From: a bacterium
GTDB taxonomy: Bacteria; UBA8248; JACPRG01; G963555815
Direction of reading: 5' to 3'
NCBI GenBank assembly: GCA_965261595.1
Contig: CBDHDG010000003.1
Location: 192,001 to 256,000, forward strand
Length of the DNA stretch: 64,000 bases
Part shown: positions 58,025 to 64,000 of the stretch, in pieces
How positions within the stretch are numbered: position 1 is the first letter of the stretch
How the letters are laid out: the number at the start of each line of letters is the position of its first letter
Position numbers and translations under genes: made by a program
Notes under the pieces: model-generated
The model's database searches: none
Told to the model about the DNA's origin: nothing
Seen by the model: only the letters and a program-made list of their open reading frames with translations

Positions 58025-58685
58025 GGTCGAATACCCTCACCCGAGTGTCCAATAACCCAGGGGCGGTCCACCTTGCCACCAAAAAAGTAGATCGGCCCCT
58101 CATCATCAGGGCTCAAATGGCAGAAATCCTCATACGGATCGCCTTTCCCGCGGCGCTTATAGGCATCGGCATTACCAGAAAAGGTGATGTCATAGATGGG
58201 AAGGGGGTAGTTGGCACGTACGAGCCCCCAGCCTGCAGACAAAATGAGAACATTTTCAAGACCAAACTTGGAGACCAGTTCCCGATAGATCGGAGGTCTG
58301 TAGAGTCGGTAAGCTTCGAGCAGTTTGAAAGGGTTGTCGTGTCGGGTGTCATCATAATTATCGAGTTGCTCGCGCCACGACGTGCCCGGTCGGTCTGAAG
58401 GAGCATCGTCATCGGGGTGCGCCCATTCCCAGTCGCTACTTGCAGGGGTTTTTTCGGGGTGCGCGACAAACTTCACGCGCTTGCCAGCCTTCGTCTGGAA
58501 AAAGCCCGCTGAGGGCACCTTCGACCCAGCGCACTGAATCACAACTTTCATGATCGATTATCTCACAAATTCAGGGACAGAAGTTCTGCAACGGATTTAC
58601 CCGACAACTACTTTTTCGGTTAGTATACAAGGCGGGGAAATGGTGAGATCAAAAACTTCCTTGCAAACTCCGGCTTAAGACGCGG

Positions 58686-58746
58686 TGGGCCACTCTTGGT
58701 TTCTTGGACATTCGGGCGAGGGTAATCGACCTCATGCGGCCTCCGC
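58686..58746 (-). mobile_element. Diverged relic of the right end of the same IS3-type element, inverted
   Basis: TGGGCCACTCTTGGTTTCTTGGACATTCGGGCGAGGGTAATCGACCTCATGCGGCCTCCGC aligns with the reverse complement of 58010-58070. Confidence 0.75.
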
Positions 58747-58987
58747 GCTGCACAGGCTGACAAGCTGCCGGTGGCATCCATATTTAAAGACTCCCAGTTT
58801 AAAGAGGCGTCCAATATCCCCGAAGCTTTGTCAGCGAATGGATTCATCGGAACGGCGGTGCGCGTCCGCTCCAATGGATGTGTAACGGGGGGGATTGCGC
58901 TTGAGCAAGCCAGGGTTTAAAAAGGTGCGCTCGTTTCTCCCTTTCTGTTGACGTTCAATCAGGCTTGAATCACAAAAGGATTCGAAC

Positions 58988-60385
58988 ATGAAGGATTTGA
59001 GAACCTTCATCGAGGACATGGAAGAGCGCCACCCGGGTGAGATCCTGCGGGTCCAGCGCCCGGTGGACGCCCGGTTCGAGATCTCTTCCGTTATCAGACG
59101 CCTGCAGGAGGAGCGGAAATTCCCGGCGGTCTTCTTTGAAAGCGTCCGGGGAAGCGACCACGGGGTGATCACAAACGTTCACGCCACCCGGGAACGGATG
59201 GTGTACGGCATGGGCGTTTCGGATCGCAAGGCGATGCTCCGCGCCTGGAGCGAGCGGCTCGATAACCCCATCGCGCCGATCGACGTGGAGACCGGACCCG
59301 TCAAGGAGGTGATTCACTTGGGCGAGGCGTGCGACCTCCGGCGGCTCCCCATCGTGACCCACGCCGAGCAGGATTCGGGCGCTTTCATCACCGCCGGCGT
59401 CCTGATCATCCGGAATCCCGACACGGGCGAGCCGAACATCGGAATCTATCGCCACATGGTGAAGGGGCCGAACCGTCTGGGCTGCTTTATGAATGAGGGC
59501 ACGCACCTGTTCCATCTCCTGAAGAAGGCCGAGGCGAAGGGACAGGATCTGGAGTGCGTCATCTTCATCGGCCACCATCCCCTGGGCATCCTGGCCTCCC
59601 AGGTCCGGGGGGCGCTCCAGAACGAGCTGGCCACGATGGGCGGGGTCCTGGGAGAGGCGATCGAGATCGCCCCGGCCGAGACGGTGGACGTGCCCGTGCC
59701 GGCCCGGGCGGAGATCGCCATCGAGGGCAAGATCCTCGCGGGCGTCCGGGAGGAGGAGGGGCCCTTCGGCGAGTACACCTTCTTATATGGGGAAGCCCGG
59801 AATTCCCCGGTCATCGAGGTGTCGGCCATCACGCACCGCCGCGACGCCATCTTCTACGACGTGCACTCCCCGTATATCGACCATGTGAACTGCTCCGTCC
59901 TGGCGCAGGACGCTTATGTGTTCAATAAGATTCGGGCCTCGGTGCATAACATCCTGGACGTGTTTCACCCCTCGGAGGGCATCGTCCATACGGCGATGAT
60001 CCAGATCCGCAAAGAGACGGAAGGGCAGGGCAAGGCGGCGGGTCTGGCCGCGCTGGCCTCGGTGTACCTGCTCAAGATCGCCATCATTGTGGATGACGAC
60101 GTGGATCCGACCAATCTCGGGGAGGTCCTTTGGGCCATCACGGCCAGGACCCGGCCGGATCGGGACTTCGACTTCATCAAGGACGTGCATTGCGGCACGC
60201 TGGACGCCATGGGCGTTTCGGGAGAGGGTTGGCCGCAAAGGGGCGGCCTCAACACCAAGGTGATCATCGACGCGACGAAGCCCATCGATGTCCCGCTGCC
60301 CGACCGCTGCGACCCGCCCGAGGCGATGTGGCGCGCGATGGACCTCGCCGAGTATTTCCCGGACGGGAATTTCGGGTCGGGCTGA
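58988..60385 (+). CDS. UbiD family (prFMN-dependent) decarboxylase
   Basis: DLRTFI, NIGIYR, EIAIEG, EEGPFGEYT, IIVDDDVDP..L.EVLWA and KVIIDATKP motifs. Confidence 0.92.
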   Translation: MKDLRTFIEDMEERHPGEILRVQRPVDARFEISSVIRRLQEERKFPAVFFESVRGSDHGVITNVHATRERMVYGMGVSDRKAMLRAWSERLDNPIAPIDVETGPVKEVIHLGEACDLRRLPIVTHAEQDSGAFITAGVLIIRNPDTGEPNIGIYRHMVKGPNRLGCFMNEGTHLFHLLKKAEAKGQDLECVIFIGHHPLGILASQVRGALQNELATMGGVLGEAIEIAPAETVDVPVPARAEIAIEGKILAGVREEEGPFGEYTFLYGEARNSPVIEVSAITHRRDAIFYDVHSPYIDHVNCSVLAQDAYVFNKIRASVHNILDVFHPSEGIVHTAMIQIRKETEGQGKAAGLAALASVYLLKIAIIVDDDVDPTNLGEVLWAITARTRPDRDFDFIKDVHCGTLDAMGVSGEGWPQRGGLNTKVIIDATKPIDVPLPDRCDPPEAMWRAMDLAEYFPDGNFGSG

Positions 60386-60415
60386 GGCGTTTCGCTCAGG
60401 CGAGAAAGGAACAAC

Positions 60416-61705
60416 ATGCAGCGCGAAGCCATCCATTGTCCGAAGGTCCCCCGGCCCGTCATGGGGTCCCACGCCGTCAAGGCCGGGGACTTTGTCTTCC
60501 TGGGCGGGCAGATCCCGTCCGATTACAAAAACGGGCTCGCCCCCGAGGTGAAAAATAACAGCCGCGGTGTCTCCAACCCGGTGGACCTGTCGAAGATTCA
60601 GTCGGATTACATCCTCAAAAACGCGCGGGCCATCCTGAAATCCGCCGGGTCGTCTTTCAAGAACGGCGTCCGGATCGATCAGTTCGTGACACGGCCCGAG
60701 GCCGCCTCTCCGTATCTGGACACCCGCAAACGGTTTGTGCCGCCCTCCATCCGGCCGGCCAGCACCCACGTCGCGATCGAGGCCCTGGCTGTGCCCGACG
60801 CGTTGGTGGGGCTCGAGCTGATTGCCGTCACGGACGCCGGAGCGGCCCGGAAGCGGATCATCGACATGGAGGGCGTCCCCAAGTCTCCGGGCGGACCTTT
60901 CGCGGGGGGGCCGCAGGCGGTTGCGGCGGGGGACTTCATCTTCTTGACCGGCCAGATCGCGAGCGATTTCAAAACCGGCATCGTCCCCGAGGCCCGGAAG
61001 GATCCCGGTTTCTGGTACGGCTCGGCCATCGGGCTTCAGACCGAATACGTCCTGAAGCGTCTTCAGATGGTTCTCGAAGAGGCGGAGAGCTCGCTCGATC
61101 ACGTCGTCAAAGCCGATGTGTGGCTCATGGACATGGAGGACGTCCGTGAGTTCGATGAGGTCTGGAAGGAGTATTTCCCGAAAAATCCGCCCGCGCGGAG
61201 CCTCCTGCCGGTCAGCCGGATCGCCGATGCCGAATGCCTGATCGAGATCAACCTGATTGCCGTCCGGGAAGGGGGGAAGGCGAAAAAAAAGAGCGTTATG
61301 GCCAGGGGCGTCCCCGCGCCGGGGGGCCACCAGCCCCACGCGGTTCGCGCCGGGGATTTCCTGTTCCTGTCTGGGATTTTTGCGGCCGACGACGGCCGGG
61401 AGATCGCTCCGCAGGCGCGGATTCACCCGGACATGCCTTGGTTCGGCGCCGCCGGCCGCCGGCAGACCGAGCATATCCTGAGCCAAATGGAGAAAATCTG
61501 CCAGGCGGGCGGGAGCCGCCTCGCGGACGTTGTCTGGACGCAGAACTTCTACACGGACTTCAGTGAGTTCGACGCCTCTCGCGAAGTCTGGGAGCGGGTT
61601 TTTCCGAAAGCGCCCCCGGCGGCGCTGGTTTGCGGGGTGAGGCCCCCCCAATGGGTTCGGGGCTGCACGATCCAGATGGATGCCGTGGCCATCGTCGCAC
61701 GTTAG
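60416..61705 (+). CDS. Protein of three tandem RidA/YjgF (Rid) domains
   Basis: Three repeats beginning HAVKAGDFVFLGGQ / QAVAAGDFIFLTGQ / HAVRAGDFLFLSG and ending LELIA / IEINLIA / IQMDAVA. Confidence 0.88.
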   Translation: MQREAIHCPKVPRPVMGSHAVKAGDFVFLGGQIPSDYKNGLAPEVKNNSRGVSNPVDLSKIQSDYILKNARAILKSAGSSFKNGVRIDQFVTRPEAASPYLDTRKRFVPPSIRPASTHVAIEALAVPDALVGLELIAVTDAGAARKRIIDMEGVPKSPGGPFAGGPQAVAAGDFIFLTGQIASDFKTGIVPEARKDPGFWYGSAIGLQTEYVLKRLQMVLEEAESSLDHVVKADVWLMDMEDVREFDEVWKEYFPKNPPARSLLPVSRIADAECLIEINLIAVREGGKAKKKSVMARGVPAPGGHQPHAVRAGDFLFLSGIFAADDGREIAPQARIHPDMPWFGAAGRRQTEHILSQMEKICQAGGSRLADVVWTQNFYTDFSEFDASREVWERVFPKAPPAALVCGVRPPQWVRGCTIQMDAVAIVAR

Positions 61706-61790
61706 AATACGCTTCACGAGGTCACGCAGCCTCCGCGCTACACGCATCTTCTTCCAGAAAAAGGTCTCCCGGCGAAAGGAGCGGAACACC

Positions 61791-63428
61791 GTGTACGTCA
61801 ATCCCGACAGCATCCGAACCGCCTATCCCGCGGCTTGGCCGCAATATCCCTTCGATGAAGCCCCGAAGACGCCGGAGGCCTCCGTGCCCCGGTATTCGAT
61901 CTATCCGGAGGAAGGCATCCGTATCCCGATGCGCGACGGCGTCAAGCTGGCGGCGGACATCTTCCGGCCCTACGCCCCCGGGGAAAAGTTTCCCGCCCTG
62001 GTGGCGTGGTCGTGTTATTCGCGCCAGCTCCAGCACACGCCGGTCCCGCTCGGCCAGAACGAGGCGGGCATCACCCAGTTCTGGACGCCGCGAGGCTACG
62101 TCCACGTTGTGGTGGACGCCCGGGGCTCCAACGACTCCGACGGTGTGTGGGATTTCTGCGGGCCCGTCGAGCAGCACGACCTGTTCGAGACCATCGAATG
62201 GGCGGCTTCGCAGCCCTGGTGCAACGGCAACGTCGGGATGGTGGGCTGCTCCTATTTCGCGAGGAGCCAGATCATGGTGGCGGGCAGCCACCAACCCCCC
62301 AGCCTGAAAGCCATCTTCCCCTACGACGCCGCCACGGACATGTACCGCGACTCCTGTTTCCACGGCGGCATCCCGTCGGACGGTTTCCTGCGGGGCTGGT
62401 TCGCCAACATGTCCTATTTGAACTTCTGGGGCGGCCGGCTGAAGGATCCGTCCGGATTCCATCACCATTTCCAGACGGCCCTCGGTCTCAAGTTTCCCCT
62501 GGATTGCGAGTACTATCAGGAACGCTCCGCCTGGCCGAGGCTGGACCGCATCAACGTCCCCACGTACTTCGGCTGCGACTGGCAGTTCTATCAACTGCAC
62601 CTCCGGGGCGCTTTCAGCGGCTGGGAGGGCGTGAACGGCGTCCCCAAGCGGATGCTGATCGGTCCGGTTCCGCAGCCCCGCAGGCCCTTCGCGAATTATC
62701 ACCAGGAGGCCCTTCGGTGGTACGACCAATGGCTGAAGGGCATGGACACCCGGGTCATGGAGGGGCCGCCCATCCAGCTTTATATCCAGGGGGAGGACGT
62801 CTGGCGATCGGAGGACGAGTGGCCCCTGGCCCGCACCGTATGGACGGACTTCCACCTGGGCGGTCCGCGGGACGGCCTGGTGGGGACGCTCTCGGACTCC
62901 CCGGGAAGCGGCGGGGAGCGGACCTACGAATACGATCCCCTGAGCGAGGAGAGCCGGTACGGGAATCCGCGGTTAGTTTACCGGACCGAGCCCATGGCCG
63001 AGCCCATGGAGGTGACCGGCCCCATTGTCCTGAATCTGGCGGCGAAATCCTCGGCGGAGGATACGGACTGGTTCGTCGTTTTGATGGATGAAGGCCCGGA
63101 CGGCGAGTCGAGGACCCTGACGAAGGGCTGGCTCCGGTCGTCCCACCGGGAGGTGGACGCGGAGAGAAGCAAGCCCTGGCAGCCTTGGCATACGCACGCC
63201 AGCGAAATCCCGCTGACGCCGAACCAGCCCGAGACATTCGCCATCGAAATCATGCCGACCTGCAACGTTTTCCAGCCGGGCCACCGGGTGCGGTTGGAGA
63301 TCGCGAGCTGCGATTCGGTCGCCGACAACTTCTTCTGGTATCACGCCGCGAAAGCCCTCAAGGCCCGGAATACGGTCCTGGAAGGATCGGGCGGCTCGCG
63401 CCTGGTGTTGCCCGTGATTCCGCGATAG
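61791..63428 (+). CDS. CocE/NonD family serine hydrolase
   Basis: IPMRDGVKLAADIFRP, DARGSNDSDG, WAASQPWCNGNVGMVGCSY, EDEWPL and FQPGHRVRLEI motifs; GTG start after AAGGAG. Confidence 0.9.
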   Translation: MYVNPDSIRTAYPAAWPQYPFDEAPKTPEASVPRYSIYPEEGIRIPMRDGVKLAADIFRPYAPGEKFPALVAWSCYSRQLQHTPVPLGQNEAGITQFWTPRGYVHVVVDARGSNDSDGVWDFCGPVEQHDLFETIEWAASQPWCNGNVGMVGCSYFARSQIMVAGSHQPPSLKAIFPYDAATDMYRDSCFHGGIPSDGFLRGWFANMSYLNFWGGRLKDPSGFHHHFQTALGLKFPLDCEYYQERSAWPRLDRINVPTYFGCDWQFYQLHLRGAFSGWEGVNGVPKRMLIGPVPQPRRPFANYHQEALRWYDQWLKGMDTRVMEGPPIQLYIQGEDVWRSEDEWPLARTVWTDFHLGGPRDGLVGTLSDSPGSGGERTYEYDPLSEESRYGNPRLVYRTEPMAEPMEVTGPIVLNLAAKSSAEDTDWFVVLMDEGPDGESRTLTKGWLRSSHREVDAERSKPWQPWHTHASEIPLTPNQPETFAIEIMPTCNVFQPGHRVRLEIASCDSVADNFFWYHAAKALKARNTVLEGSGGSRLVLPVIPR

Positions 63429-63457
63429 CGCGCGCCAGAAATGGATGAGATTTTGCG

Positions 63458-63958
63458 ATGATCATTGAAGGAAAACTCGATATCGCGGCCCCCATCCAGG
63501 AGGTCTGGGATTTTGTGATGGACATGGAGGCGTTCGCGTCCTGCGTGCCGGGCCTGGACGAGATCGCTCCATTGGACGACCGGACCTTCGATGGGGTGAT
63601 CGGCGCCAAGGTCGGCCCCATGTCCGGGAAGTTCCGGTTCCGGGCGTCCATCACCGAGATCGTCCCGCCCACGGACATGAAGGTTCGCGTGGAGGGGATG
63701 GATGACATGACCCGGAGCGCCATCAACGCGTGGGTCACGCTGAACCTGACCCCATCCGATCCGGCCGGGACGAAAATGACCCATCATTTCGACGCCGAGA
63801 TCAAAGGCCGAATCGCAATCGTCGGCGACATGATCCTCCGGGGCGTGGCCGGTGTGATGCTCAAGGAGTTTTCGAGACGGCTCCGCCGGCGCCTGGAGCG
63901 GGCCGAGGCGGGGCGGGACGACGCTGAGGAGAAACAGGGTGATGGCCGAGCCATATGA
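63458..63958 (+). CDS. CoxG/SRPBCC family protein
   Basis: IAAPIQEVWDFVMD...CVPG...AKVGPM...GRIA.VG..IL pattern. Confidence 0.85.
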   Translation: MIIEGKLDIAAPIQEVWDFVMDMEAFASCVPGLDEIAPLDDRTFDGVIGAKVGPMSGKFRFRASITEIVPPTDMKVRVEGMDDMTRSAINAWVTLNLTPSDPAGTKMTHHFDAEIKGRIAIVGDMILRGVAGVMLKEFSRRLRRRLERAEAGRDDAEEKQGDGRAI

Positions 63959-64000
63959 CGTGATCATCATCGGGGGCGGATCGGCGGGATGTGTAGCCGC
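63942..64000 (+). CDS. FAD-dependent (GMC-type) oxidoreductase, N-terminus only
   Basis: MAEPYDVIIIGGGSAGCVA Rossmann motif at the window end. Confidence 0.7.
   Translation, partial: MAEPYDVIIIGGGSAGCVA

Larger units (their letters stand above)
56667..58070 (+). mobile_element. IS3-family insertion sequence, copy 2 (1404 bp)
   Basis: Near-identical to copy 1; 4-bp target duplication CCTT (56663-56666, 58071-58074). Confidence 0.92.
56484..58551 (-). pseudogene. DUF6884/YaaA-like protein interrupted by IS3-family copy 2
   Basis: MKVVIQCAGSK...AYRLY...ILSAGWGLV...YDITF...FFGGK, resuming in frame after the IS as DYLPLFYRL...TNWHYACA...SI* once the IS and one CCTT copy are removed. Confidence 0.72.

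Noticed and set aside
47450..58070. Composite transposon formed by the two IS3 copies
   Set aside because: Outer flanks (GACC, CCTT) do not match; copy 2 has its own target duplication and splits a gene that rejoins in frame

Overview
High-GC bacterial window, probably from an uncultured host-associated or marine lineage (inference only). It is dominated by uptake and catabolism genes for small N-containing or heteroaromatic compounds: a branched-chain-type ABC system, three intact orphan NitT/THI5-like binding proteins plus one disrupted copy, five EamA transporters, two xanthine-dehydrogenase-family Mo subunits, a hydantoinase/oxoprolinase pair whose B subunit carries a fused acetone-carboxylase-gamma-like domain, adenine deaminase, LLM oxidoreductases, amidohydrolases and a UbiD / triple-RidA / CocE / CoxG / GMC operon. 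There is also a glucosylglycerate cluster (gpgP, gpgS, disrupted GH15-like gene, SSS transporter). Mobile DNA is abundant: a 5.4-kb IS1595 cargo element with a nested IS256, two IS3-family copies, a frameshifted IS1380 and a 328-bp MITE. The most novel-looking items are (i) a lower-GC three-gene nuclease operon (DUF6884/YaaA-like, DUF429, RelE-like/GIY-YIG chimera) that looks like a decaying, undescribed defence system, (ii) the IS1595 cargo element with its lipoprotein and candidate small RNAs, and (iii) the triple-RidA catabolic operon. No rRNA, tRNA, CRISPR-cas or recognisable transcription factor gene was seen. Family names come from motif recognition by eye, not from database searches.
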